Shown here one piece after another: positions 1 to 9,496 of a stretch of 64,000 nucleotides of DNA. Positions within the stretch are counted from its first letter, which is position 1, and each line of letters starts with the position of its first letter. Under the pieces are notes generated by a model. It saw only the letters and a list, made by a program, of their open reading frames with translations. It was not told the DNA's origin and made no database searches. Origin of the DNA: an uncultured Verrucomicrobiota bacterium (lineage in GTDB: Bacteria > Verrucomicrobiota > Kiritimatiellia > CAIVKH01); assembly GCA_937873455.1 (NCBI GenBank), contig CALMYG010000177.1, positions 60,118-124,117 of the forward strand, given 5' to 3'. Position numbers and translations under genes: made by a program.

Positions 1-171
1 CACATCCACGGTGGAGATCAACTCTCCGGTAGTCCGGTTTAGCGTGGTGCGCTCGTTGGTGGTGGCGATGTGAAACTGGTTGCCGACATCCAGCAGGGCC
101 GGGGCCTGACCGTACACCGCCCCTGCGAACAGCCAGGCGGCCAGCGTCGTGAATACCCCGGCGCATCTCAT
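1..171 (-). CDS. Partial exported hypothetical protein. Only the N-terminus falls inside the window (MRCAGVFTTLAAWLFAGAVYGQA...); the gene continues past the left edge.
   Basis: Reverse-strand translation from the ATG at 171..169 gives a signal-peptide-like N-terminus. The start overlaps the stop of the PEP-CTERM gene as ATGA. There is no in-frame stop before position 1. Confidence 0.35.
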   Translation of the reverse strand, partial: MRCAGVFTTLAAWLFAGAVYGQAPALLDVGNQFHIATTNERTTLNRTTGELISTVDV

Positions 172-887
172 AACCGGCGTCTCCTTATCCACCACACCCA
201 TGCCCCGCAACCAAGGAAAGCCCAAGTCGCCGGCTCCGGCACCACGGCAATCATCACATTATCAATACGAACGGAACTGTCGCCGTTCACGCCGTTGATA
301 CCGGCCAACTCAAACGCGACCGCGACGTATTGATAAACCATGGTAAACTCATAGGTGAAATGAAACCAGTCCGGACCCAGAGCGCTGGGTCCTACCGTGC
401 CCTGGTTGTTGAAGATACCCATCCAATCGAGATCGAACAACGGAGCGGCCTCATCAAAAACCAAGCCGGGAATATCCAGCGTTGAGTCATCATCGGTGAA
501 ATACAACGAGGCAAAAAAAGTGTCCGGAAAACGACCGCGCTCGGTCTGGTCGGACAACGCAGGCCGGAAATCAAAGGACAAGGTGTAGACGCCGGACGTC
601 AACAGTACCGTTTGATGCAGCATGGCAAATGGAAGTGTATCGCTGATGACCGCTTCGCCAGCGAGGACCTGCACGGTTCCGGTGACGTTCCAAAAGTCCA
701 AACCAGCTTCAAAGGTTCCATTGGAAACGGCATTTCCGCTCAACTCAAGAAGCTGAGGAATTTGTGGCGGCTGCTCCAGTGCGCGTCGCAGCAAACGTTC
801 GTGGTGGATGGGATCTTCCACGAAGGCAGCTTGTGCCGTCATGGCAAGCATGATCCCCAAAAGGATAAATGTTCTCGCTACGTTCAC
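168..887 (-). CDS. PEP-CTERM sorting-domain secreted protein
   Basis: It has an N-terminal signal peptide (MNVARTFILLGIMLAMTAQA). The C-terminus reads VPEPATWAFLGCGAWVWWIRRRRL, which is a PEP motif, a hydrophobic helix and an Arg cluster, the typical exosortase target. Confidence 0.75.
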   Translation of the reverse strand: MNVARTFILLGIMLAMTAQAAFVEDPIHHERLLRRALEQPPQIPQLLELSGNAVSNGTFEAGLDFWNVTGTVQVLAGEAVISDTLPFAMLHQTVLLTSGVYTLSFDFRPALSDQTERGRFPDTFFASLYFTDDDSTLDIPGLVFDEAAPLFDLDWMGIFNNQGTVGPSALGPDWFHFTYEFTMVYQYVAVAFELAGINGVNGDSSVRIDNVMIAVVPEPATWAFLGCGAWVWWIRRRRL

Positions 888-954
888 GCCTGTTGCTTAA
901 CGTCCTTGGTGGTTAAGAACCGCCTTATCACGCATCAGTTTATCCCCTATAACA

Positions 955-3774
955 ATGCAGGGCAATTACAAAACGCAACAAAATACCGCCGTTTCCGGTT
1001 CTTTGCGTAAGGACATGTTTTGGGAAACCGCCTTCCTATTTAGCCTGGTCGCCCTAATCTACGTTATCACCACAATACCTTACCCGGTAACGGGTTATCA
1101 CTCAGACTGGTTGTACCGACATCTTAGCGGTGACCTCTGGTTTCCTTCCCCTCGCCCGATTGCCGGGTGGTGGGCATACGGGTTGCGGGGGTTGCCGCAA
1201 GGCCATGAATTCGCCTGGGCGGCCTTTTCCAACACCGGTTGGATGCTGGCCGGATTGTTCATCTTCAACAGGCTCGCACGGCGATTTCCCTTCTATGACG
1301 GAACTCCGCAGGTACGAGAACGCTACCGGGAGCGCATCGCCTTTCTAGCGACGGGATTGGTCGGGCTGTCTCCCGCGACGTGGTCGACAGCTACCCAACC
1401 CGGCCCGGCTCCTCTGGCCTTCTTCGTATTCATGCTTACCGCAGCCTTATGGCAGTATGCTCTCCAGCATCCCACGCGAATGCGGCTGGGAACCGCATCG
1501 TTTTTGCTTGGATTGTCCATCATCGAAACGCCGGCGGCCACTGTTTTGGGATTGCCATTGTTCATCGTCGTGACGGCTTTGGTCTGGAGCCGTCGCGATC
1601 GTCGGGTTGAGATTCCGGTTATGGCGGGGTCCTTGCTTGCCGGTCTAATCACCGCGATCATGCTGCTTCGTAAACTGGCCGTCGTCATGATGGGCGAAAC
1701 GCCATTATGGTCGGACATATTTTTGGCCTGGCGCGCGGATACCGGCATCAGCCTATTTCCCGTAGGATGGCTGTCCGTCCTGGTCCTTTCCGGGGGAGCG
1801 CTGTTCTTAAGCGCCTGGGCAACGATTCCGGCTCGAAAACGGACACATCGCCGAACCATCATCATTCAATGCGCATTGACCGCCGGTCTGATCGCCCTAT
1901 ACATGACCCATCCTTGGAGCAATGACACCGCGCATCGCGGAAGAGTCCCCCTCATGCCCGAGTTGGCCGTCGCCGTTGCGTTGAGCGTCAGTATTGCATT
2001 TCTATTTCGCCATTTTTCCGTCCGGCAAGACGGCACAACGCACATTCAGCGCTTCATCTACATCGCCCTCGCCTTCCTGTTGCAACACCGGATCATGGAA
2101 TTTCAACCGCTACGCCGCATCCAGGAGGCCCGCACGATGGACAGGCTGCACCAAACGGCCTTTGATGACACGGCGCCGGAAATTTGGGTGTTGAGCGATG
2201 GCGCCATGGATGCGCCGCTTTGGTTCGCCGGGCAAGCACGAGGGCTTCGGATCATCTTTCTCCATCCGGCAATGGAAACCCAGCCCGCCTACCTGCGCCG
2301 GCTATCCCGGCAATTTACCGACGAACGTTACCGGGCCATGGCGGAAGTTGGAATCGGCGCCCTCCTGGCGGAGTTTCGTTCGAGCAACGCTTCCGATATA
2401 TCCGTCACGGGAATGCGTCATTACGCCACGATGGTGCTGGCCGGTCTTCGTCCGGTTCCCCACCTTCTTCGCTACGACGGATCGACCGCGCATGAAACAA
2501 TCGACGGGTTCAAACGAGGCGATCTGCACCATGCATGGGATGAGATGGCGCGACCGACGCTGCAACGGGCCGCGAAACGCAACGACGTATTCGGACGGCA
2601 TGCCCAGCACCTGCTGCGTTTGCTGTCCCGCGCCGCTAACGATTTAGGCGTGCATGCCGAATACGAGGGACAACCGGAACGAGCGCAAGCGCTCTACCGC
2701 CAAGCGTTAAACTGGAATCCCCTCAACGTAAGCGCCGGCCTGAACACCCTGTCCGACGAGCGCCTGCGGGCGCCGACTGAAACGTTAAGACGTGAACTCG
2801 GACGGGGTCAAACCGGTCGATTGGCGGCACTGGTGGAAACCGACGGTTTAATTTACCGGCGGGCGCTTATCGAATTCATGGAGGAAGCGATCCAACAGCA
2901 GCAGCGCCGTCCGGAAACGCTATCGCGCTTGTTTCCGATTGCCCGACTCGCCCTGGAAGGTCGCACCCATGAAGCCTTCACGGCGGCGAGACGCTTCACG
3001 GCGGAACATCCCGATGACATTCCCGGCTGGATCATGCTGGCCAGCTTGGCGCACGAGCGGAATGATACGGTTCTGCTCCATGAGATTTTCCAGCGCGCTG
3101 ACCGGACCGATCCCGCGTGGACGCCGCTGTGGGCCATGCTGGGGGAACGCGCCATGAACGAAGGCGACCTCAAGGCGGCCCGCCGTCACTTCGAAACGGC
3201 GGCGCGCCATTGGCCGCTCAACTTGCGGACGCGAGAGGCCTTGCTGAAAATCGCCTGGCACGACCAGGATACCGGCGCGCAAGATCGCCATCTCCGCGAT
3301 GTACTGACGATTGATCCCGGAAATCCCTGGGCGCATTTCGTATTGGGCCTGCGACGATTCGCCGAGGGCGATCATCCGCGAGCAGAGCGGATGCTGCTCG
3401 CCACGATCAGCCGCGAGCCCATGCCCATCGCCTTGAACAATTTGGCCTGGCTAATGCTCCGGCGGGGTCAAACCGCTGAAGCGTTATGGTATGTCCGCAT
3501 GGCGATTAACCTCGAACCCTATGGCGGAGCGCAATGGGACACCTTGGCATCCATCCTGCTGGAACAAGGCGAGTGGACGGCCGCCGGGATCGCCCTGCAA
3601 ACCGCACTGCGTTTGGATCCGGAAAGCCCGGCCGCCGCGGTGCACTATGCGTTCTGGAAACGGCAAACCGGCACGACGTTCGAAGAAGGCGAGGTCAGCA
3701 TGCGAAGGCTCGACCCCCAGCGCCTTCCGGATGATGAGCGCCTCAAGCGGCTATGGCGCCTGGCGATGGAGTAA
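955..3774 (+). CDS. Polytopic membrane protein of the DUF2723/TMEM260-like (GT-C-like) type, with a long C-terminal TPR-repeat domain
   Basis: The first ~450 aa contain more than ten predicted TM helices, with many W/Y/F residues and loop Arg. The remaining ~450 aa are TPR-like, with repeated A/L/Y/W patterns (AWLMLRRGQTAEALWYVRMAINLEPYGG...). The family assignment comes from recognising the architecture. The true start may be the internal Met (MFWETAFLF). Confidence 0.6.
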   Translation: MQGNYKTQQNTAVSGSLRKDMFWETAFLFSLVALIYVITTIPYPVTGYHSDWLYRHLSGDLWFPSPRPIAGWWAYGLRGLPQGHEFAWAAFSNTGWMLAGLFIFNRLARRFPFYDGTPQVRERYRERIAFLATGLVGLSPATWSTATQPGPAPLAFFVFMLTAALWQYALQHPTRMRLGTASFLLGLSIIETPAATVLGLPLFIVVTALVWSRRDRRVEIPVMAGSLLAGLITAIMLLRKLAVVMMGETPLWSDIFLAWRADTGISLFPVGWLSVLVLSGGALFLSAWATIPARKRTHRRTIIIQCALTAGLIALYMTHPWSNDTAHRGRVPLMPELAVAVALSVSIAFLFRHFSVRQDGTTHIQRFIYIALAFLLQHRIMEFQPLRRIQEARTMDRLHQTAFDDTAPEIWVLSDGAMDAPLWFAGQARGLRIIFLHPAMETQPAYLRRLSRQFTDERYRAMAEVGIGALLAEFRSSNASDISVTGMRHYATMVLAGLRPVPHLLRYDGSTAHETIDGFKRGDLHHAWDEMARPTLQRAAKRNDVFGRHAQHLLRLLSRAANDLGVHAEYEGQPERAQALYRQALNWNPLNVSAGLNTLSDERLRAPTETLRRELGRGQTGRLAALVETDGLIYRRALIEFMEEAIQQQQRRPETLSRLFPIARLALEGRTHEAFTAARRFTAEHPDDIPGWIMLASLAHERNDTVLLHEIFQRADRTDPAWTPLWAMLGERAMNEGDLKAARRHFETAARHWPLNLRTREALLKIAWHDQDTGAQDRHLRDVLTIDPGNPWAHFVLGLRRFAEGDHPRAERMLLATISREPMPIALNNLAWLMLRRGQTAEALWYVRMAINLEPYGGAQWDTLASILLEQGEWTAAGIALQTALRLDPESPAAAVHYAFWKRQTGTTFEEGEVSMRRLDPQRLPDDERLKRLWRLAME

Positions 3775-3779
3775 CCGTT

Positions 3780-4733
3780 CTATTCCATCAAGGCCAGCGT
3801 CGCGCACCCGATCATACCGGCATCCGGCCCCAGCTCGGCGGTTTTGATTTCCAGCTTTTTGAAGAAGTGCGGACTGAGCCGTTCGGCGAGATGTTTACGC
3901 AGCAGCTCAAACAGCAGATCGGCGTCCTGAGCCACACCACCACCGACAATAAAGGCCTGCGGTTGCAGGATGTAGGCAATGGAAGCAAAGGCCGTGGCGA
4001 TGCAGTCGGTAACAAAATCGAGAATTTCCAACGCCAACGCGTCTCCCTTGACCGCAGCTTCCTTGATGATCTTTGGCGATATCGCGAAACGATCGCCCTG
4101 GCACAGATCATCGATCATTGAGGCGCGTCCCGCCTCCAGCGCCTCGACAGCGCGTTCGATAATTCGCCGGTTACCGACATACTGCTCCAGACCGCCTTTT
4201 CCTTGGGGCGAGACTCGTCCGTTCATATCGATGGAGACATGACCGATTTCACCGGCCATCGAATGCGCCCCCCGGTACAGTTGATTATGAATCAGCAAGG
4301 CCCCGCCAACGCCGGTGCCCAGGGTGACAAAGACCGCATGTTGAAAGGTCCGGCCTGCTCCAAAGGTGCATTCCCCCAAGGCCATCGCGTTGACATCGTT
4401 ATCAATGCGCACCGGGAGGTGAAGCCGTTCTTCAAGGAGATCAGCCAGGGGAACGCCGGTCCAGCCCGGCACGTTGGCAAGATCATAAATATAGCCGCGA
4501 TCGTAATCGACAAATCCGGGGACCCCCACCCCCACCCCGCAAATCGTGCGTTCGCCTTTTATGGCATTAATGGCGCGGCAAACCGCATCCAACCATTCGG
4601 ACCGATCTTTTACATGTTCGGTGATGATCCGCTCCTGGGCGAGCAGGTTACCGCGATCATCTACCAGGGCAATTTTAACCGAGGTGCCGCCAAAATCGAC
4701 ACCTACCGCATAACGGGTTTCGACTGTAGTCAT
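3780..4733 (-). CDS. ROK-family sugar kinase (glucokinase-like)
   Basis: VGVDFGGTSVKIALVD is the N-terminal ATP-binding motif. ROK signature segments are present (GVGVGVPGFVD, HVSIDMNG). The start was reassigned to the internal ATG at 4733 (MTTVETRYAVGVDFGG), which overlaps the tatD stop as ATGA. The listed 436-aa ORF has an implausible N-terminal extension. Confidence 0.8.
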   Translation of the reverse strand: MTTVETRYAVGVDFGGTSVKIALVDDRGNLLAQERIITEHVKDRSEWLDAVCRAINAIKGERTICGVGVGVPGFVDYDRGYIYDLANVPGWTGVPLADLLEERLHLPVRIDNDVNAMALGECTFGAGRTFQHAVFVTLGTGVGGALLIHNQLYRGAHSMAGEIGHVSIDMNGRVSPQGKGGLEQYVGNRRIIERAVEALEAGRASMIDDLCQGDRFAISPKIIKEAAVKGDALALEILDFVTDCIATAFASIAYILQPQAFIVGGGVAQDADLLFELLRKHLAERLSPHFFKKLEIKTAELGPDAGMIGCATLALME

Positions 4734-5581
4734 GTTGCATTCCTTTTTGACAGGGCAAATAGCCGCCGGGCATTGGCGGACGTTTGCCGGGAAATCGTTT
4801 GTAGCGCATCGGATCGGATGCTGGCAAGCGTCTCCGCGACCTTGGGCACCCAGGCCGGTTCGTTGGTTTTGCCGCGATGAGGAACCGGGGCGAGGTAAGG
4901 GGCGTCGGTTTCGATCAGAATACGGTCCAAAGGCAACTTGCGGGCAACGTCCCGCAAGGCCTCGGCATTGCGAAAGGTAAGAATGCCGCTGAAACTGATC
5001 AACAGGCCGAGGTCGAGCAGTTTTCTCGAGAATTCGTAGTTTCCGGTGAAACAATGCAGCACGCCGGGATAAGCGGGATCCCCTTTCCACGCGCGGATAA
5101 AATCACGAACCAGCGCGATGGTATCGTCATCGGCGTCTCGACTGTGAATCACCATGGGCTTGGTCGTTTCGGCGGCAAGGGTCAACATGATCTCGAAGAG
5201 GGTTCGCTGAGCCGGCGCGGTTTCCGGATGGTAATGGTAATCCAGGCCGCACTCGCCGACTCCGACGACCTGCTGAGGGTTGCTGATCATCCATTGCCGC
5301 ACGGCGGAAACATCGACGGATCGCCCGGCGTGATCGCGGTCGTAACCGACCACCGCAAAGACGCGGTCCGGATGGCTGGTAGCCATGCGTACCGCGCGTT
5401 CATTGGCTTCGTCAGATCCTCCAATGGCAACCAACTGCTCCACCCCGGCGTGCTCCGCCCGGCGGATGATTTCTTCGCATTTGTCGTCACGATCAAAGTC
5501 GTCAAAGTGGACATGACTGTCCACCCAACATTCACCGGGGAGCGGATTATCGGGAATGACATCTGCGAGGTGGATATTCAA
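4730..5581 (-). CDS. tatD: TatD-family metal-dependent hydrolase
   Basis: It has HVHFD near the N-terminus, a TIM-barrel hydrolase pattern (GECGLDYH, ...HSRDA..., ...ETDAPYL) and a length near 283 aa. Confidence 0.85.
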   Translation of the reverse strand: MNIHLADVIPDNPLPGECWVDSHVHFDDFDRDDKCEEIIRRAEHAGVEQLVAIGGSDEANERAVRMATSHPDRVFAVVGYDRDHAGRSVDVSAVRQWMISNPQQVVGVGECGLDYHYHPETAPAQRTLFEIMLTLAAETTKPMVIHSRDADDDTIALVRDFIRAWKGDPAYPGVLHCFTGNYEFSRKLLDLGLLISFSGILTFRNAEALRDVARKLPLDRILIETDAPYLAPVPHRGKTNEPAWVPKVAETLASIRSDALQTISRQTSANARRLFALSKRNAT

Positions 5582-7206
5582 GGGACGGCTCCTTCGAGAT
5601 ACCGCAAGAACGGGCTACCCGGCCACATGGAGGTAATGGCCGCTTTCTCGGCGGCGGCATCATCGGGTCGATCCAGCAAACGCAACAAAAGAATGAGGCG
5701 ATAGCCGATACGCGCGGCGGTAACATCATCGGCGGCTTCGCGCACCAGCCGACGATACAGCGGAAGCGCCTCGGCCCAGTTTTCGTTTTTGGCATACAGG
5801 TCCGCGAGTTTTTCCCGCAGCAACGGATCATCGCTTTGCCGGACGGCTTCGCGGGCATAGGCAAGGGCCGGATGCACCTGCTGTTGATCGGCCAGAAGGT
5901 TCACCCATCGCACCTGTTCCCACGGGCGATTCGGATGCTCGTCCTCCTCCAAAAGGCGCAAGCGCTCTTCGGGTTGATACGCAAACGGACGGTAAAGGGG
6001 ATCACCGATCACGGTGTTCTGCCAGGACAAGGCCCGCTGGGCCAAATAGGCGCTTTCACCCAACGTGAAGCCGGAGGCGAGCCGATCCGCGAAAACCTGC
6101 AAATCCGGCGTGTAGAGCAGGTACGGTTCGTATACCGAGCCCATGACGGCGGCGGCGCCTGCGGCCAATAAGGGGCCGGCCCAGAAACGGTCGGTCCGGC
6201 GCACGGTTTCTGCGCTGGTTGAATGCAGGTGATACGCGACGGCGCCGGTCCGGAATCGAAATCCGGGACGCAAAAAAGGACCGGCGACATGCTCGGCATA
6301 CCAGCCGAAATAAAGGGCCACGTCCTCCATGGGGAAATACTCGGGGAACAAGTCCTCCTGGCGGTCGATCACAACATCCATGCCGTATCGTCGCCAGCGT
6401 TCGCCGGCTTCCCGCAGCCAAAAATCTCCAATCAGATAATCCGGATCACGAAGGTTGCGGGTATCGATATAGGCGCGGCCATAGAGTCCGTATCGCTCGG
6501 CGAACATGGTGTCATCCATCATACGCCGGACGGTGTCGGCATCCGGTCCATCCAGTCGTGCGGCCATCAGGATCGGGCGGGGTTGGCGTTCGGCGCGACT
6601 CCATCCGACCAGGTTGTACTGCGGATTGCCTTGAAATCCTTTTATTTCATAAGCATCCCAAAGCACGAGGGCAAGTTCGCTATCCACGGCCGCGGCATCG
6701 CGTTGAAACGGTTCCTCGATCAACCGGCTCAATGTTGCCAAAAGAAAAGGTCGGGTTTCCGCAATGCGCAAGGGTACGCCCATCATGCTGACCACATAAC
6801 GAACACGATGGCGCACGGTGCGCCAGCCGCTGTCATGCGGCCCCAGTCCTTCGTCCTCGCGCTTCACTTGTTCAATCAGGTCCTGCTCCCGCAGAAAAGC
6901 CAGCAAGGGATCCCGCAGTCGACGCTCGTACTGGCGACGGGCCATGGTTTCGCCGGTCGGTAAATCCAACACGCACAGATGCGTTTCCGGAATGCCGCGC
7001 ACGTGCATATAATGGCGGGCCAACGCAAGGGAGGCCGGATGATTCTGATTGGCAATGACCACCGTTTGCGCCGCATCCCGTTCGCGTAATGCACGGTCCG
7101 CGGCAAAAACGCCGGGCATGACCGCATAAACGCCACAGGCCAGAACTCCGCATTTGAGCGTCGGGCTTCGGCGCGCCAATGCCATGACTGCCGCCGCCAT
7201 GCTCAT
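5578..7206 (-). CDS. Exported hypothetical protein with a C-terminal helical-repeat (TPR-like) region
   Basis: It has an N-terminal signal-like segment with AAD. The tail is Leu/Ala-rich (LADLYAKNENWAEALPLYRRLVREAADD). It is ATGA-coupled to the lipoprotein gene upstream and to tatD downstream. I recognise no catalytic motif. Confidence 0.55.
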   Translation of the reverse strand: MSMAAAVMALARRSPTLKCGVLACGVYAVMPGVFAADRALRERDAAQTVVIANQNHPASLALARHYMHVRGIPETHLCVLDLPTGETMARRQYERRLRDPLLAFLREQDLIEQVKREDEGLGPHDSGWRTVRHRVRYVVSMMGVPLRIAETRPFLLATLSRLIEEPFQRDAAAVDSELALVLWDAYEIKGFQGNPQYNLVGWSRAERQPRPILMAARLDGPDADTVRRMMDDTMFAERYGLYGRAYIDTRNLRDPDYLIGDFWLREAGERWRRYGMDVVIDRQEDLFPEYFPMEDVALYFGWYAEHVAGPFLRPGFRFRTGAVAYHLHSTSAETVRRTDRFWAGPLLAAGAAAVMGSVYEPYLLYTPDLQVFADRLASGFTLGESAYLAQRALSWQNTVIGDPLYRPFAYQPEERLRLLEEDEHPNRPWEQVRWVNLLADQQQVHPALAYAREAVRQSDDPLLREKLADLYAKNENWAEALPLYRRLVREAADDVTAARIGYRLILLLRLLDRPDDAAAEKAAITSMWPGSPFLRYLEGAVP

Positions 7207-7865
7207 CGGGAGTCCGGTCGAATGATCATGCGTACAGGGGTAAGCCGCGGAGGTACAACGGAACGGTTGACGCCGAGACGTTCATCATCCGCTCCGGCTT
7301 CAGACTGGAGGTTGATTATGGCCCATGGATCCCAATAGGTGGCGATCAGGCTTTCCTCGGCACGGGCGAGAAAGTAACCGTCCTCCACCATGGAGCCGTT
7401 GAAAATCCATGCGCCATGTCGCGCCGGCCGTTGGGTTATGAAATCAAAAACGAAGCGTTCGGCGCGTTCCCTTACCGTCTGGCCATCCGCATCCCATTCA
7501 ACGTCCAGAATCAGCGAATCGCCGCGCGGCGGGCCTTCACCAAGACCCGCCATCGGTTCGCCGTGGGTAAATCCCAACAACAAAAGACCGGCATGAATAT
7601 CCGCGGGTTCGGCAAACAAGACAAATACACTTTCGTGGACTTTGCCGCCCGGCCCGCAAGCCAACAACTCAATGGCGCCTTCCACCTGATTGACATAACC
7701 GGACACCATCATCGCGCGATGGCCGGGATCAAGCTGCACGGAACCGAAGGTCGACCACGCATACGCAGGCGGCGCCACGGCTCGCGGCACATGCGCGCAT
7801 CCAACATGGAGCACTCCGACGGCCACGACGACGACCCACCCCACCCTCTTGATGAAACGCCGCAC
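7203..7865 (-). CDS. Hypothetical lipoprotein
   Basis: The signal peptide has a lipobox Cys (VAVGVLHVGC). It is ATGA-coupled to the next gene. Confidence 0.5.
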   Translation of the reverse strand: MRRFIKRVGWVVVVAVGVLHVGCAHVPRAVAPPAYAWSTFGSVQLDPGHRAMMVSGYVNQVEGAIELLACGPGGKVHESVFVLFAEPADIHAGLLLLGFTHGEPMAGLGEGPPRGDSLILDVEWDADGQTVRERAERFVFDFITQRPARHGAWIFNGSMVEDGYFLARAEESLIATYWDPWAIINLQSEAGADDERLGVNRSVVPPRLTPVRMIIRPDSR

Positions 7866-7871
7866 AATCCA

Positions 7872-8543
7872 TCACTCCAACAAGCTCATGACCACGGCTG
7901 CTTCCTGCATTTTTTGCAGTTGTTGCTGATAGGTGGCTATGGCTTCGGGACCTGCCTGCATCCGCGTCGCCAAATCAAGGCATTGCCGCATGGCGCGCAT
8001 GGCACGATCAAAGTTGCCGTTCAGGTAGTGAGCCTCGGCCAACGTGCTCCAAACATGGTAGCTGCCGGGAGCTATCAACACCGCATCCTGCGCAAGGGCC
8101 AGGGCACGGCGGGCATCCCGACGCTCCGGTTCGGTGGCCGTGGCCAGATACCACGCAAAATTGTTCAACACCTGAAAATTTTCCGGGTGATCGGCAAGCT
8201 GCTGCTCAAACAACATGGTTAATTCATCGTAGCGGCGTTGTTTGATCAACACCGAAGATAAAATTTGCTGGATGGGCAACACCTCAGGATGTTCCGCCAT
8301 CAAACCGCGCAACATCTTTTCAGCGGTATCGAAGTCCTCGCGCTGGAGCAATTCATTGACCTGATGCAGCCGTCCACGCGAGGCGACCGGCAAAACCGGC
8401 GTTGCGGTTTCATCAACCTGATCGGGCGGAAGGGCCGACTCCGCTTCGGGTGGCGGCGATGGGACTTCGGCTTCCGCCCAACCGGAAGGACACGACCACC
8501 ATGCGATGGCCAGCAGCATCAGGCAACGTATGGCCGATCTCAT
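7872..8543 (-). CDS. Secreted TPR-repeat protein
   Basis: It has a signal peptide (MRSAIRCLMLLAIAWWSC) and TPR-like repeats (NNFAWYLATA..., AEAHYLNGNFDRAMRAMRQCL). Its start overlaps the cdaR stop by 1 nt. Confidence 0.6.
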   Translation of the reverse strand: MRSAIRCLMLLAIAWWSCPSGWAEAEVPSPPPEAESALPPDQVDETATPVLPVASRGRLHQVNELLQREDFDTAEKMLRGLMAEHPEVLPIQQILSSVLIKQRRYDELTMLFEQQLADHPENFQVLNNFAWYLATATEPERRDARRALALAQDAVLIAPGSYHVWSTLAEAHYLNGNFDRAMRAMRQCLDLATRMQAGPEAIATYQQQLQKMQEAAVVMSLLE

Positions 8544-9496
8544 CAGTTTTCCTCCTGCACACTAAATCGCACGTGATCCGGATCAATCATGATAACCGAT
8601 ACGTTGGCATCGGTGGAAATGCGCACGGGCAAATCAACCGCGCCATCCTCCAGCATGGCCACATTGACGAAGGCGTTGATGTCCCCGACGGAGAGAGAGG
8701 CCAGTACATCAGACCGCCCCTTGAGGGCGACATTCACGCTAGGCGGAAAAAAGGAAACGTCGCGCGTGCTGCCGGCCGGGACAAGCACATTGACTGGAAT
8801 GTTGGTGAAGTCCTGGCGGATGGTCCGCTCGGTAATGGTAAAGGTTACGGAGACGCGATCAACATCCATGCGTGCCTGCCAGTTTTCGCCGGGCGGAGCA
8901 AGCGGGTGCTGGGGAATGGTGAACGTGCGAATGCGTCCGGCCATATCGACCGGCATGGTGCGAACAACGTGCACATCCTTGAGGCGCTGTTCCGGACCGT
9001 AAAGGGTAACCTTGTCCGGCGTGAAGGCAAACCGTTCCACAAAATAGCCGTCCGAAGGCTCCCCGGCCTTGACCAGTTCGACCGGAACGGTTTTTTCCAC
9101 TTCGCGATCCAGCGTGACTTCCAACTCGGGAGGATCAACAAAAATAGCCCGAACCGTGCGAGGCGCGGTAACTTGCCGGGGACCCAGCGGGATGAAGACC
9201 GTTCGTTCGTTATTCCGCAAGGGAACGTTGACGGCCACCCGCACCTGCTCCTTGTTCAAGGCGCGTAAATCCGCCTGCGAACCCCGGAAAGATACCGCGA
9301 CATGGACGGCGGAGCGTTCTTCAATCGCCCAACCCTCCGGCGGCGTCACTTCAATCGGGATATCGCGCACCACCTCGATGTAGCTGGTGGTCTCACGGAT
9401 AAAGAACCAGGTCACCGAAGCAAGTAACAAAGCCAACAGCTTCAGCCCCTTGTTGTGCAGAATCAGCGAAATCCCTTTATCAAGCCTACGCGACAT
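8543..9496 (-). CDS. cdaR: YbbR-domain protein, CdaR-like regulator of diadenylate cyclase
   Basis: It lies immediately downstream of cdaA. It has a single N-terminal TM (LKLLALLLASVTWFFI) followed by repeated beta-rich YbbR-like segments. The start was moved to the internal Met (MSRRLDKG) because the upstream extension of the listed ORF overlaps cdaA. Confidence 0.65.
   Translation of the reverse strand: MSRRLDKGISLILHNKGLKLLALLLASVTWFFIRETTSYIEVVRDIPIEVTPPEGWAIEERSAVHVAVSFRGSQADLRALNKEQVRVAVNVPLRNNERTVFIPLGPRQVTAPRTVRAIFVDPPELEVTLDREVEKTVPVELVKAGEPSDGYFVERFAFTPDKVTLYGPEQRLKDVHVVRTMPVDMAGRIRTFTIPQHPLAPPGENWQARMDVDRVSVTFTITERTIRQDFTNIPVNVLVPAGSTRDVSFFPPSVNVALKGRSDVLASLSVGDINAFVNVAMLEDGAVDLPVRISTDANVSVIMIDPDHVRFSVQEEN

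Noticed and set aside
70-333. 87-aa plus-strand ORF at the left edge
   Set aside because: It lies antisense to the partial secreted gene and the PEP-CTERM gene stop region. It is Arg/Pro/Gln-rich with no motifs. This is typical of a spurious high-GC ORF.
3780-5090. Long 436-aa form of the ROK kinase ORF
   Set aside because: The first 119 aa are Arg/Pro-rich and overlap tatD. The internal ATG at 4733 gives a canonical ~318-aa ROK protein with the DFGGT motif near the N-terminus and ATGA coupling to tatD.
5836-6963. Plus-strand ORFs of 111, 190 and 246 aa inside the 5578-7206 gene
   Set aside because: They are antisense to a well-supported, operon-coupled minus-strand gene. Their composition is Arg/Gly/Pro-biased, and they overlap one another in different frames.
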